The position numbers were made by a program, and so were the translations under genes. This document shows positions 28,232 through 41,389 of a DNA stretch of 64,000 nucleotides, in pieces. The stretch comes from Eledone cirrhosa. Lineage: Eukaryota. How positions within the stretch are numbered: position 1 is the first letter of the stretch; each line of letters opens with the position of its first letter. The notes under the pieces were generated by a model. It had not been told where the DNA came from, did no database searches, and saw nothing but the letters and a program-made list of their open reading frames with translations. The stretch covers positions 369,644,001 to 369,708,000 of the forward strand of contig OZ024743.1 in the NCBI GenBank assembly GCA_964016885.1, read 5' to 3'.

Positions 28232-29230
28232 CTAGCTGATGTACCCAGCATCGCGTGGGTAAACATAATAAAACAGGTAGAAGAGAAAATGACTTGGATG
28301 TTTATCTGATTTATAGTTTGAGGTGAGACCGTGGTGTGACAAGCAAAAAAAATAACAGTATAAAATCTTCCAAATACACCAAATTCTTTGTTTTACTGTT
28401 AGTGCATAGGATATGAAGATTTCTAGGTGTACTCATGAACAACCTACATATAACTGTCTGTGGGGGTAAAAACCAATTCTCTCATTCAATTATATAACTT
28501 TGAGACTTTGAACCTGAGCTTTCTTTATAGTCTTAGCAAAACTGACTCTAACTAGGAACTGACGTCTTGAGAATTTGAACGGCAGCTTGGTAGAGAGGAA
28601 TCTTGGGAATAAATGCATTTTCTCATTGATAATTGCCTCCAAGAATAGTAACCTCTTCCTCATCTGCCTGACTGTAAAATGTGTGTCATTGGATAGAAGT
28701 AGCGAGTCCATATTTCTCAAAAGGATGTGGAAGTTCCAATATTTTAAATTATACATATATATATAGATAATTCTATATATATATGTGTATGTGTTTGTCT
28801 GTGTGTAAACCAATGTTTGAATCGGAGAAGCTGGCTGCGAAACATTTACATATATGTATGTTTAGATGTATATGTTTCATTCTATTCTCTGTGTATCTGA
28901 TTAAGCATTTACGTGAAGATGTGTGTGTGTGCATGTAACTTACTAAGGTGTAACGTACGTACGTATCGAACACGCTAATGCACACACTCTCAGACACATT
29001 TACACTCATATACAAAATGTGATATCGTCGTTGTGTTATAAAATATCCGTTTACCTATAGTTGTCTATAGTACATTATTTTAGATAAAGTGTTTTATTGC
29101 TTTAATCCATATGAAAATAAAAATTATATGTTGACACTCTGCTACCTTGTAAAGTTTAATTTTATTTGGTCGAGCCGTTTGGGAATGCATAAGGAAAAGA
29201 CAAACAGACAGACAAAGAATTATATATATA
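28232..29230 (-). mobile_element. Internally deleted Helitron with RepHel Pif1-helicase remnant
   Basis: 3' hairpin ACCCA..TGGGT plus CTAG on the minus strand. ORF 28490-28813 contains LPFKFSRRQFLVRVSFAKTIKKAQVQSL, a decayed form of the Helitron helicase motif RRQFP..LAFA.TINK.QGQSL. Confidence 0.85.
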
Positions 29231-29394
29231 TGTATATATATATATATATATCGTTTAGTGTCTGTTTTCCCAGCTTGCAACATGTGTGTGTGTGTATATA
29301 TATATATGTGTGTGTGTGTGTTCATATATATATTCATATAATATATATATATATTCATATATTTCCAAGTTGTGTCGGGGAGTAACCACAAGAT

Positions 29395-29790
29395 CATCAT
29401 CGTCATCATCATCGTTTAACGTCCATATTCCACGCTTGCATGGGTTTGGACGGGAGTTTTCCCACTTGAGGCAAGAGTGGTTGTCTTGCTCGCATAGGAC
29501 TGTCTGGCGGGTTTTCTACAGCTGGATGCCCTTCCTAACACCAACCACATTTACAGTGTGGGACTGGGAGGTTTTACCGTGTTATCTACACGGCCACATT
29601 ACAGCGTGGAGTGTGTGTCTTTTTGTCGTGACACCTACACGACCTCATTTGTTTTGGCCTGGATGTTGTGGTACCAACATAACTTTACATTGAAAGGGGT
29701 GGTGTGGATGGGGTGGGGGTAGTGGGACGGGGGGTGTATTTTGTTAGAGGTGCCTACTGACTGTAGTAGGTTTTACTTTGTATTTAGGTC
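29395..29790 (-). mobile_element. 3' UTR/tail fragment of RTE family B
   Basis: Near-identical to 50000-50390 and 35049-35455. Confidence 0.9.
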
Positions 29791-29836
29791 AGATAGAAAA
29801 GGTTATTCAATCCATTGGTAGAGTATAAGTATGTTT

Positions 29837-32800
29837 CATCATCATCATCATTTTATGTCCGCTTTTCCCTGCTTGCAAGGGTAGGACAAGTCTTATTCAG
29901 TGCAGCATCTCTCCACTTGTCATGGTCCTTCATCTCCACCGTGAGCTTCAGCAATCTTAGGTCTGATCGCACCACCTCCGCCCATGTTTTTCGTGGTCTA
30001 CCTCTACCACGTCTTCCTTCAACTGGCACTTCTTCACCCATCGGTCATCCTCCATGCACATCACATGTCCATACCACCTCAGTCTCCTCTCTCACACACT
30101 ACATTCTATCCCTCTCAGACACAGTTTCTCTCTCAACACATCCATGTTGGGTCGTTAACGCACATTGACATTGCACATCCAACTGAGCATGCTTGCCTCA
30201 TTTCTCTCCAGCCGTCGCATATCCTCTGCAGTTGCTGCCGAAATCTCACTACCTTGCAGCATCGCGCTCCTCACACAGGCATCATATAACCGGCCTTTCA
30301 AACGCAGGGAGAAACCCTTCTTCGTCAGCAGAGGAAGCAGCGCCCTAAACTTCTGTCAACCCATCCTTATTCTAGATACTATGGGTTCGGAACAGTCACC
30401 TCCCATGCTAATCTCATCACCTAGGTACCGGAAGCTATCAACCACTTCTATAGCACCCACCTGCATTTGAAAAATGTGTCTATCAATGCGACTTCTACTG
30501 TCTAATTTCCCTGTACATCTACTACATACGTATTTCTCCCTACCTGTTAGTTTGCCTGTTATCCCACTACATCTCTTGTGTACCCAAGATCTGGATTGTG
30601 TGCATTTTATAGAATTTATGCCAGTTCCTTTTCTGCATATCGAACATGCTATTTCTCTGACGGAATCAGAGTTTTGTCCTCTTTTCTACTCATCAACACT
30701 TTTGTCTTAGCTATGTTCACTCTCAGTCCTCTTGATTCCAACTGCTGTTTCCATAGCCAGAATTTATTCTCTAGCTCCTCTACTGATTCTGCTATAAGAA
30801 CCAAATCATCAGCATAGAGAAGTTCCCATGGGCAGCCAGTCTTAAACTCCTCTGTTATGGCTTGGAGGACTATAATGAACAAGAGCGGGCTGAGGACCGA
30901 ACACTGATTTACTCCTACTTGTATCTGGAATTCCTCACTAAACTCCATTCCTACCCTCACTTTACTGACAGCACCTCTGTACAAAGTTTGCACTGTCCTC
31001 ACAAGCCATTCCTCAACACCTAGTTTCCTTAGGGACCACCAGATGACAGATCGGGGTACCCTATCAAAGGCCTTCTCTAGGTCAACAAAAGCTAAGTATA
31101 GTGGCTTATTCTTCTCTAAGAACCTCTCTTGTAGTTGTCTCACCAAGAAGAGGGCATCTGTTGTACTTTTCCCAAGCACAAAACCAAACTGCATCTCATC
31201 TAGTTTGACCCTTTCTCTAATTAGTTGTGCTAATATCCTTTCTGCCACTTTCATAACCTGATCCATCAGTTTTATACCCCTATAATTGCTTCTCTCCAGA
31301 GCATCCCCTTTACTTTTGTAGCAGTTTATGAGAATACTGCTGCACCAGTCTTTGGGTATGACACTGCCATATATAGCCTGATTGATGATGCATGCAACCA
31401 GTTTAGTGCCTATGTCCCCTGATGCCTTCAGCATCTCAGCAACTATCCCCGACGGTCCAGCAGCCTTACCATTTTTCATTTCCTTAATCGCCTCTTGAAC
31501 CCTATATTCGTCAATCTCAATAGCTGGTCCCTCTGTCGGATCTACTAAGGGTAATTTCTCTCTCTCCTATTCGTTCTCCACATTCATCAGTCTCTCATAA
31601 TGACATTTCCAGGCCTCATTTTTCTGATCATTCGTGACACTAAGTACACTGGCATCATTCCGAACACATTTATCTCCAACAACATCCTGATTTGCATTGA
31701 CACACTACCTTGCAATGTGGAACACCGCACGTCACTGATCTTCCCGTCACAGAACATTGGCAAACCTCCTACTCTCAGCCTCCCTGCGTGCTAGGTACAC
31801 CTGACGTCTAGCTTCTCTCTTAGCGGCTGCATATCCTTCTCTACTCCCACCCTTTTTCCAAGCGTTCCATGCTAGTCTTTTTGTCTCTAATGGCCCTATC
31901 TACCGTGCTGTTCCACCACCAAGTCACTCTCTGTTTGGTTGGAGCTCTGCTCCAGCCGCAAGTTTCATCAGTAGCCTGCAGTAAGTTGTCACGTAAAAAA
32001 TTCCAGTTATTATCTATGTCATACAACTCTAAATCGTCTTCTTTTTAGTCGTACACATCTTGAAGGACTTTCCTAAATTTGTATTTTAGTGAAAGGTCTT
32101 TTAGCTTCCAGACCTTTCTTCTCCACACCTTCTTGTATGTCTCATTCTGTCTCTTGCTTACTGAGATATCACTAACGACTAACCTATGCTGTGGGGTACA
32201 TTCTTCCCCAGGGTATGCCTTGGTATTTGACACCATCTGCCTGTCCCACTGCCTAACTAGTAAGAAGTCAATCTGGCTCATGCTCGCCTGATTTGTAGGT
32301 TATTAGGTGGTTGGCAGGTTTCTGGAAGTTAGTGTTGCAAATGGTAAGTGTACTTGCATCACAAAATTCAAGAAGTCTCACTCCTTCATTTCTTGAGCCG
32401 TAACCGTGCCCTCCATGTACCTCAGTGTAACCATCCTGGAGCTGTCCAACATGACCATTGAAGTCCCCTGCTAGCATAACGATGTCTCCGTCCTCTGTCA
32501 TTTAGGCTGTTTGTAAAAGTTGCTTGTAAAAGCAGTCTTTCTCTTCTTTACCTAGGCCTGCTTGGGGAGTATAGGCAGAGATGATTGTCAGTAGTCTCCT
32601 GCCTACAACTAATCTCAGCTTAATTATTCTATTATTAACTCGAACTACCTCTATTGTCTTATTGATCCATCTCTCAGCCAGGAAAATGCCTACTCCCCCT
32701 AACCCATCATCCTTACCTACCCAGAAAAGCTTATAACTAAGATGTTTGCCTGAGATTAGTCTTGCAGAGGCACCTCTCCATCTCACCTCTTGCACACAGC

Positions 32801-32925
32801 ACACATCCGCATGCCTTCTCTTCAGCATCTCCTCTATTTCACTAGATCTACCTGTGAGAGTGCCAACATTAAGTGTTGCAACTCTGAGATGCGACGTCTT
32901 CATATTTCTGTTGTTCCTTTATTAT
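29837..32925 (-). mobile_element. Near full-length RTE-clade LINE, family A (APE, RT, PHD-like finger), inactivated
   Basis: APE RVATLNVGTL, CVQEVRW and AGDFNGHVG; RT AFVDLEKAFDRV and LLYADD; C-terminal GRRGRGRPRKTW; (GAT)n tail; a few stops and frameshifts. Confidence 0.95.
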
Positions 32926-34604
32926 ATATAGAAATGATATTTACATGACTAGAACTTTTTCATTCATGTGAACACATCAGGAATGTTTAATTGCTAATTG
33001 GTCATCCATCATACCCCACCTCCAACTTTGTATCGTGCTTGTTAAATAATTTAAGGGAGATAATTTGAAAACGAACAATATGCAGAGAAATAGAGTTGCT
33101 TCCCTTGAAAGAACAAATAAAGCTATGACCTCGGATACATTTTGACGGTTACTTTTACTAGGTGAATAAGACTGGAATATTTGTGTTTTGTAGCTTTTAA
33201 TGAATCTTGGTGTTTACATTCAGTTTGATCAAACAATACATTTCTCGGCAACTTTCTTGAAATAACCCTTTTGTCCACAAAGAAAGCTATAGTTAAAAGC
33301 TATTTATATCAAACACAAATTAGGACTTAACTGATATAATCTGTCTAGTTTGTATAGTGTGCATTTATTAGCCGTATAATATGTATGCATGTAAGTTTGT
33401 TTAAAATTGCTTTTCGCGCACGCGCGTCTCTCTCTCTCTATGTATGTGTGTGTGTGTCTATCCATCTTTTTAGTAAATATTTCCAATTACTTTGGAGAGA
33501 ACATCAATTCAAAACTGATGTAAATTGGTTTCTGCATGTCAGTGTGCATGGAGTTTGCTTCATAACTCCTTCATTTGGGTCCAGTCCCACCTTGAGGCAA
33601 CTTGGGGAAGTGTTTTCTCCCATGGCCTTGTATTGATCAATGTCTTGTAAGGGAAATTTAGCCAACAGAGACTGTGCAGAAGCTTCATGTGTGTCAAGAG
33701 TATTTTGTATTCTTTATCCATGTACTAGTTTTACAGAAATAATTCCTTTCATATATTCCAGGTGAAGTGAAATGTATGCAAGTACTTGATATACTTAAGA
33801 AGGTGCCTGTGTTCATGCATGCATGTGGAGGTACAAGATTGGCAGGCCATTGATAAGAAATCATATGATCTTTTAAACAAGAAGAGCTTCTATCTAAAGA
33901 TAGATATATCTTTATTCTCCAACTTGTTGATAGGGCTGAAACTTGGCTCGGATGAGATGGGAGTAGGGTGTGGTGTTGGGTAATTGCTCAGCAGCCATGG
34001 CATGATTGTCATGGGAATTTAATTGTGTATATGGTACATGTGTGTGTGTGTCTGGGGGGCTACTGTGACCTGGTTAATGCTTATTATCCTTTGGGATCTA
34101 GTTTGTCTAGCTATTTCTGTTTGACAGACCCCTCTTTCTTTCTCTGTGTGTGTACAGGGGAAGTTGAAAAAGTGGGAGAGAAGTTATATAGAGAGAGGGT
34201 AAAAGCACTTAGTTCTGTATGTGTGCAAAATTGTTTGAAATTTTTCTACCCACTAATCTACTTTTGACCAATCAGAGCTACCCTGCTCTGTTTTCTGGCT
34301 TATCAGAGAAGCTCTCTACTCTTCTTATACTCCACTCACTCTTTTAAATTGTCATTCTCTAATACTTTCTCTAATAAGTCCCTGTGTATGTGTGCTTCTA
34401 TGTGTGTGGTAATGACAAGCTTTACTTTATATATATATATATATACATATACATACATACACACACACACAGTTATCTCACAACACAGCAGATTTAATAG
34501 TGTATAGCCTAAAGGTTGGGAATATTGGCTAATTTTGGTGGGAAAAAAGGTTTTTGTGAAAAAAGGATATACTTATGTATGTGGGCATGTGTGTGTGTGT
34601 TGAA

Positions 34605-34676
<72 letters not shown>

Positions 34677-34761
34677 CAGATATATATATATATATATACA
34701 GATATATATATATATACAGATATATATATATATATATACAGATATATATATATATATATAC

Positions 34762-34870
<109 letters not shown>

Positions 34871-34989
34871 TATACACAGATATATATATATATATATACA
34901 GATATATATATATATACAATTTTAGAATTGTTATGTTTGAGATGTATACAAACATTTCTTAACAGATATATATATATATATATATATAT

Positions 34990-35042
<53 letters not shown>

Positions 35043-35048
35043 CATACA

Positions 35049-35660
35049 GATCAACATCATCGTTTAACGTCCATCTTCCACGCTAGCATGGGTTTGGACG
35101 GGAGTTTTCCTACTTGAGGCAAGAGTGGTTGTCTTGCTCGCATAGGACTGTCTGGCGGGTTTTCTACGGCTGGATGCCCTTCCTAACACCAACCACATTT
35201 ACAGTGTGGGGCTGGGAGGTTTTTACCGTGTTACCTACACGGCCACATTACAGCGTGGACTGGGTGTCTTTTTGTCGTGACACCTACATGACCTCATTTG
35301 TTTCGGCCTGGATGTTGTGGTGCCAACATAACTTTACATTGAAAGGGGTGGTGTGGATGGGGTGGGGGTAGTGGGACGGGGGGGGGGGGGTGTATTTTGT
35401 TAGAGGTGCCTACTGACTGTAGTAGGTTTCACTTTGTACTGAGGTAAGGCGGGTCTACTGTATTACTGTGTAGCGCCAAAGATCTCGGTCCAGTGACATT
35501 GTCTTGGAGAAGTGTAAGTGTGTGAGGTCGGAATTTATCAAGTCATCCCAGGTTTTTCTGGGTCTGCCTACTCCGTGGCTACCGTCTATTTTGATCGCCC
35601 TGCACTTTTTTATACAGCTGTTGTCTTGCGCATCACGGGACCATACCAACGTAGTCTTAT
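35049..35660 (-). mobile_element. 5'-truncated RTE family B (ORF C-terminus plus 3' UTR)
   Basis: GSHGVGRPRKTWDDLINSDLTHLH matches the end of ORF 48825-50000 and continues into the same 3' UTR. Confidence 0.9.
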
Positions 35661-35666
35661 ATACAG

Positions 35667-35697
<31 letters not shown>

Positions 35698-35708
35698 TAT
35701 ATATATAC

Positions 35709-35747
<39 letters not shown>

Positions 35748-35750
<3 letters not shown>

Positions 35751-35854
35751 GAGGTTGGTGTTAGGAAGGGCATCCAGCTGTTGAAGCCAAGCCAAAATCA
35801 GTTCCCGTCTCACCCTTGCAAGCAGGGAAAAGCGGACGTAAAATGAAATGATGA

Positions 35855-35857
<3 letters not shown>
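35748..35857 (+). mobile_element. 3' part of SINE family 2
   Basis: AGGAAGGGCATCCAGCTG..CCCTTGCAAGCAGGGAAAAGCGGACGTAAAATGA(TGA)n. Confidence 0.8.
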
Positions 35858-35916
<59 letters not shown>

Positions 35917-35969
35917 ATATATATATATATATATATATACCTATATATATATATACCTATATATATACC

Positions 35970-36000
<31 letters not shown>

Positions 36001-36095
36001 CTATATATATACCTATATATATATATATACCTATATATATACCTATATATATATATATATATATATACCTATATATATATATATATATATATACC

Positions 36096-36156
<61 letters not shown>

Positions 36157-36213
36157 ATATATATATACCTATATATATACCTATATATATATACCTATAT
36201 ATATATATATATA

Positions 36214-36261
<48 letters not shown>

Positions 36262-36401
36262 GGGAGGGTCATGTTGCCAATAAGAAACACACGCACCAGT
36301 TGCTTTCACTTCAATTTAATTTATTATATATTTATAAATAAATTTATAAATTTCTGGTTGGTTGGTTGGTTCCACAACCAGATAGTTGTTTATATATATA
36401 T

Positions 36402-36446
36402 AGTCATAGTTCTTTCGTCACACACTCTGTGACCTCTTCAGTGACT
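36402..36446 (-). ncRNA. Minimal type I hammerhead ribozyme in the PLE 3' pLTR
   Basis: AGTCA-CTGAAGA-G-GTCACA-GAGTG-TGTGAC-GAAA-GAAC-TA-TGACT: intact CUGANGA/GAAA core, 5-bp stem I, 6-bp stem II, CUA site. Confidence 0.9.
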
Positions 36447-36668
36447 GGGGATTTCTTTCTTCGTTTCTGTGCCTTTCTTTTCTTCTATCCTACGCCATTT
36501 TGTTTGTGTGTGGGTTGCGTGCTCCGTTTGCGCATGCGCCACATCCGGGTGTCTGTGTGTGTTTGTGTTCATTTTTCTATTTTTCTATTTGTTTGTTTGT
36601 TTATTTATTTATTGTTGGTTGGTTGTTTGGTTGTTTGTTCTATGTGTGTGTGTGTTTTCATTTTGTCC

Positions 36669-39215
36669 TTAATTGTAAGTTGTGATGTTGCTGTTCCACT
36701 CATATTTTCTATTTAATTTTGGTTTTAATTCTTTTATGCTTACTGCCTCTGTAATTTGCCTAAACATTGCGTCTTTCTTGTGTGTGGATTCTATTTTTAT
36801 TTCTATGCTCTCTAATTTACCCCTGTGTTCTATCTTAGCATGTTGGTAGAGCACAGATGATTCTTTATTATCTTGGAGGTCTCGCCAGTGTTCATTTATT
36901 CGTTCCCCTATACTACGAGCTGTCTCACCTATGTACACTATATTTTTGTTTCTACATTGTCCTTCAGTACATCTTATGCTATATACTACATTTCTAGTTT
37001 TACAGTTAATATGGGGGCTTATTTTACAGGTTATACATTTCTTATCTATACATGAGGGTCTTTGGAACGGGTATGTCTTGCTAATAAGTGTTTTTACGGA
37101 GGTACCAGGTCTTTCTACTATCTTAATATTGAGATTATGTTTCTTTAGGGCCCTTCTAAATTTGTAGGCTAGTTCGCCGCTAGGGGTTGTATTGATGAAC
37201 ATTACACTCTGGTATTTATTGCTATCATACCATGAGTTTATTCTATTGGCCTTGTTCTTAGTTCTTTCTATCCTCTTCCAAAATTTGCTCCTATACAAGG
37301 GGCAGGTCCCATTTATGTCATTATTTACCATTTTTTCCCATTTGGTTCTGGCTCCTTTATACACTCTGATTCTATCTCTCTGATTGTAGCCAGAGAACTG
37401 CATACGGTGGATGAAGTGTTGTATGTGTCTCTCTAGTTCTTCGGGGTTGCACATGCGGGACACATTTCTCATCACCCGTACCAAATCCGCAATCAGTATG
37501 TTGATTTTGGTATGGTCCGAAATGGCCGAGTTTCGGTGGATCAGATGTTTGGAAGTCATGGGTTTGGCATAATGGGAATGGAGGATTTGTTTTTGGTTGT
37601 TAATTGTATCTAACCAGAGCTCTGTGTCTAGTACAGGTAATCGATGGTTGGGGTGTCTACTTGGGTAGTCTATAGTAACTCTAATGCTCTGGTGGATGGA
37701 GTTTGCTATTTGCTGGATGCTTTCCATTGTGTTTTTCTCTAGTTCCTGACTGTTCTTTAGTGGGGGTGTCTTAACTACGATGTTTATATCATCTACGTAG
37801 CGGGAGTACATTATCAGGGTTAAGCTGTCTTCTAATTGTTCATTAAGTTTTTGTTTAAGTCTACTGTCCCACCATACCATGAATAAGTTAGCTATGTCGC
37901 CTGCAATGCTAACACCAATGGCTGCTCCCTCCTCTTGGGCATATGTTTTACCATTAAATTTGAACATATGTTCCTTAAGGGTTAATTTTATGCTGGCCCC
38001 TACCGCATGTGCAATCATTTTCTTCAGTTCATCGTGGTTTTTGGGTGTCCGTATGGCTCTGGTCCACCCGTTCCATCTATCTGTGTGGGTTTTCTTGGCC
38101 ATTGAGGTAATGGTAGGTGGTCTGCCTCTTGCTGGTCTTGTAGGGCACAGGTTGCTAAGGTCATAAGTGTCTAGGTAACTATTACTATGGGTAAGCTTAA
38201 GTAGAAGTCCCAGCTCACTGGTATCAATCCCACGGAACTCAACCTTGCTCTCGCTGATCTTTTCGACGCATTTCTCCACAGCAAAATCCACGTCAATAGA
38301 TGGATACAGGGACACAACATCCATACTGCCTATTATGCAGTTTGTTAGGTCCCCAGATCGGTTACCCGCGCCGATTCTGCTGAGGAGGTCCTCCGTGCTG
38401 TCACACACATCTGGGGACATCTCAATGATGGGGCGTATGATCAGGGAGAGGAAGTAGGACAGTCTGTAGTTACTAGCAATGTTAGCCCCACAGACTGGCC
38501 GTGTTGGTGGTCCCGCGACAGGGTCACAGCCCGTTTTATGGTCTTTTCGAAGCCCATACAACGCCGGCACGTCATTGTTCCAGGCCTGGAAGTTGTTGGC
38601 AGTCCTTTTGTTGGGCTGCATTATATTTGTCCACATCATCATATGGGCATTGAGGGCTTTTTCTCTATCCTCATGCTCCTGTGGTGTTACCTCTCTTGTG
38701 TTAGTGATGTGGGGTTGCATTGCCTGGATGTAGTTTGGCAGGCTGTCAACCGACATTCTGCCAGACTTGTCTGTTGGAAAGCATGCTATCTCTCCATTAC
38801 GCGAGCGCTGCATGAGCTTACGCAAGCCATTTGCAGATTCTTCTCCCAGTTGCTGGGCCTCTATTCTATTATGCTTCTTGCTATACTGTTCTGTAATATT
38901 TCTAAGTTCGGATTTAGCTATACTAAATTGTGCTTCTGTTTGTTCATCGACCTGCGACGGCAACTGCGTGCGTTTGTTAAATGGCAAAGTCGTGGCGTGG
39001 ACTCGTCGTAGGTCGAATGATTTATCAGAGGGGTTATAAAACGGAGAGTTCCAGGCTGCTGCTTTATGTGTACTAGTGCTATTGTTATTGTTAGTTGTGT
39101 TGTTTCTATTTCCACCAACAGCAGCAGCCTCAGCTTCATGGTTGTTTCTATGTCTCTCATAATTACTCCTGTCTCTTTCCACTGGCTCAATGTTGTTATC
39201 TACCCTATTTTGTGT

Positions 39216-39221
<6 letters not shown>
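36669..39221 (-). CDS. PLE polyprotein: reverse transcriptase plus GIY-YIG endonuclease (~850 aa)
   Basis: RT motifs [45 protein letters not shown]; Cys cluster CIDKKCITC; EN motifs [33 protein letters not shown]. The upstream 34 codons in the track are microsatellite. Confidence 0.93.
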
Positions 39222-39276
<55 letters not shown>

Positions 39277-39279
39277 TGC

Positions 39280-39406
<127 letters not shown>

Positions 39407-39423
39407 CCTATATATATATATAT

Positions 39424-39737
39424 ATCATCATCATCATTTTACGTCCGCTTTTCCCTGCTTGCAAGGGTGGGACGGGAACTGATTCTGGCTTGATTTCTAC
39501 AGCTGGATGCCCTTCCTAACACCAACCTCATTTACTGTGAGTGATGGGTGCTTTTTTTCCATGGCACCTCCACGACCACTTTACAGTCCCTATCATCTCA
39601 TTTCTACAGCTGAGTAAACTGGAACAATGTTAAATAAAATGTCTTGTTGAAGGAAACAGCACATCACCCGGTCTGAGAATTGAAATCACAACCTTTCGAT
39701 TGCAAGGCCAATGCTCTAACCACTAAGCCATGTGCCT
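39424..39737 (-). mobile_element. tRNA-derived SINE, family 2 (full length)
   Basis: Reverse complement of 61656-61977. Confidence 0.88.
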
Positions 39738-39799
39738 TTTTATATATATATATATATATATACGCACACACGCACACACACACACACACATATACACAT

Positions 39800-40133
39800 A
39801 CACGATAGCTGCCTCCACATTATCGAATATGGCCATTGCACGAGAGGAAAAAAAAACAATGATAACAATATACATATATATACACGCACACACATAAACA
39901 TTTCTATACACACACACAATATCAATTAACAGCGCTGCGATCGAATGCGTCTTTTTAGCCCAGCCAATGATCTAAAATGTCTTGCACAGAGTCGGCAACC
40001 AAAACATTCACTGGGAATAGCCGGCTGTGGTTGGAGTTCATGTACTTTTGCATGTCGTTTGAGCCCTCCTGCTGATTTACATTCTCTACCACATGCTTGG
40101 CACGTATGGTGAATAGCATCTCCAACAGCAGCC

Positions 40134-40135
<2 letters not shown>
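39800..40135 (-). mobile_element. 3' end of an RTE-type LINE with tandem C2H2 zinc fingers
   Basis: Minus strand reads CQACGRECKSAGGLKRHAKVH..CRLCARHFRSLAGLKRRIRSQ, bounded by microsatellites. Confidence 0.6.
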
Positions 40136-40174
<39 letters not shown>

Positions 40175-40241
40175 AGTAAATAGAAAACATGCTACAATGA
40201 TTATATATATTAGTTCAACACTCGGTATAGCAGGAAAATAG

Positions 40242-40275
40242 CCGTAACGTTTTGGACGCTAGTCTTCCATCAGCA
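40242..40275 (-). ncRNA. Degenerate hammerhead, same family as 63381
   Basis: CTGATGG-AAGAC-TAGC-GTCC-AAAA-CGTT with two core substitutions; flank TATAGCAGGAA shared with 63365. Confidence 0.55.
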
Positions 40276-40540
40276 GATAAGATACGAAATAGAAAGATAG
40301 AGTAGAGTGAAAAGAGGAAAAAATAGAAAACATTATTTTTTTAGAAGGAATACGTGCATATGCATGTATATATGTGTGCGCACGTGTGCATGCATGTATA
40401 CGTGTGTGTGTGTGTGTGTATATATGTGTGTGCACGTGTGTATTTGTGTATTTGTGTGTGTGTGTATATATATGCGTGTGTGTGTATATATATTGTGTGT
40501 GTGTGTGTGTGCGTGTGTATATATATATATATATATATAT

Positions 40541-40633
<93 letters not shown>

Positions 40634-40666
40634 TTATTGTGTGTGTGTATATATATATATATATGC

Positions 40667-40711
<45 letters not shown>

Positions 40712-40784
40712 ATACTTTATATTCTTTTCCATATCAGTTTTACTTCTGGTGTTTGCCAACTATTATCGCCTTTTCTCCCCTCAT

Positions 40785-40830
<46 letters not shown>

Positions 40831-41021
40831 TTAGGTTTGTTGGTTCATCACTGGGTAGAACTGGTCATTCCGTATGGTCAACCTCGATGTAATATTATGG
40901 AGAGCACTCAACGTAATGCAACTCGCCCGTCTTCGTATGTGTAGTTGGTAGTGCGAGTATGGAGTTAATTATTATAAAATAACAGGAGGCTGGACTGGTG
41001 TAATTCCTTAAAAGGTTTATT

Positions 41022-41079
41022 ATACTATGATCATTTCAATGACCGGGTTCAGTATGAATCCGGTGACATGATCAGGTAT
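41022..41079 (-). ncRNA. Hammerhead-like motif with long stem II (core variant CUGAUCA)
   Basis: ATAC-CTGATCA-TGTCACCGGATTCA-TAC-TGAACCCGGTCATT-GAAA-TGATCA-TA-GTAT followed by AATAAA. Confidence 0.7.
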
Positions 41080-41389
41080 TCAAAATATTGCAAAGGAATA
41101 TAATAGACAAAATCCATGGGGCTGAAAATCAGAGACATGAGAGCAACCGAACATTTAGCAGCTTCTACCCCAGTCAGCCGCCCTCAAGTGGTGATTATTA
41201 AGCCTACTTATGTCCATATATATATATATATGATATAGTAATTTGGAGAATTTTAGAATTGTTATGTTTGAGATGTATACAACCATTTCTTAACTCGATT
41301 ATATAAAATTGCTCTTCAATGCAACTTAACCCATTTGTTAACATATTTCTAATGCGAAACACTGCTATTAATTTTCAAATCAATTAAAA

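Larger units (their letters stand above)
36258..39221 (-). mobile_element. Penelope-like retroelement (probably Naiad-type), 5'-truncated, inserted in (TA)n
   Basis: Uninterrupted RT+GIY-YIG ORF, ~410-bp 3' pLTR with a hammerhead, (TA)-derived microsatellites on both sides. Confidence 0.93.

Noticed and set aside
37879-39190. ORFs overlapping the PLE, and similar ones opposite the RTEs
   Set aside because: Antisense or alternate-frame shadows of TE coding sequence with no recognisable motifs
36669-39221. Selenocysteine recoding, reported for some Naiad PLEs
   Set aside because: The ORF has no in-frame UGA and ends in TAA
39930-40135. Host C2H2 zinc-finger gene exon
   Set aside because: No TGEKP linkers or splice sites; the GLKxH pattern and microsatellite boundaries fit a LINE C-terminus
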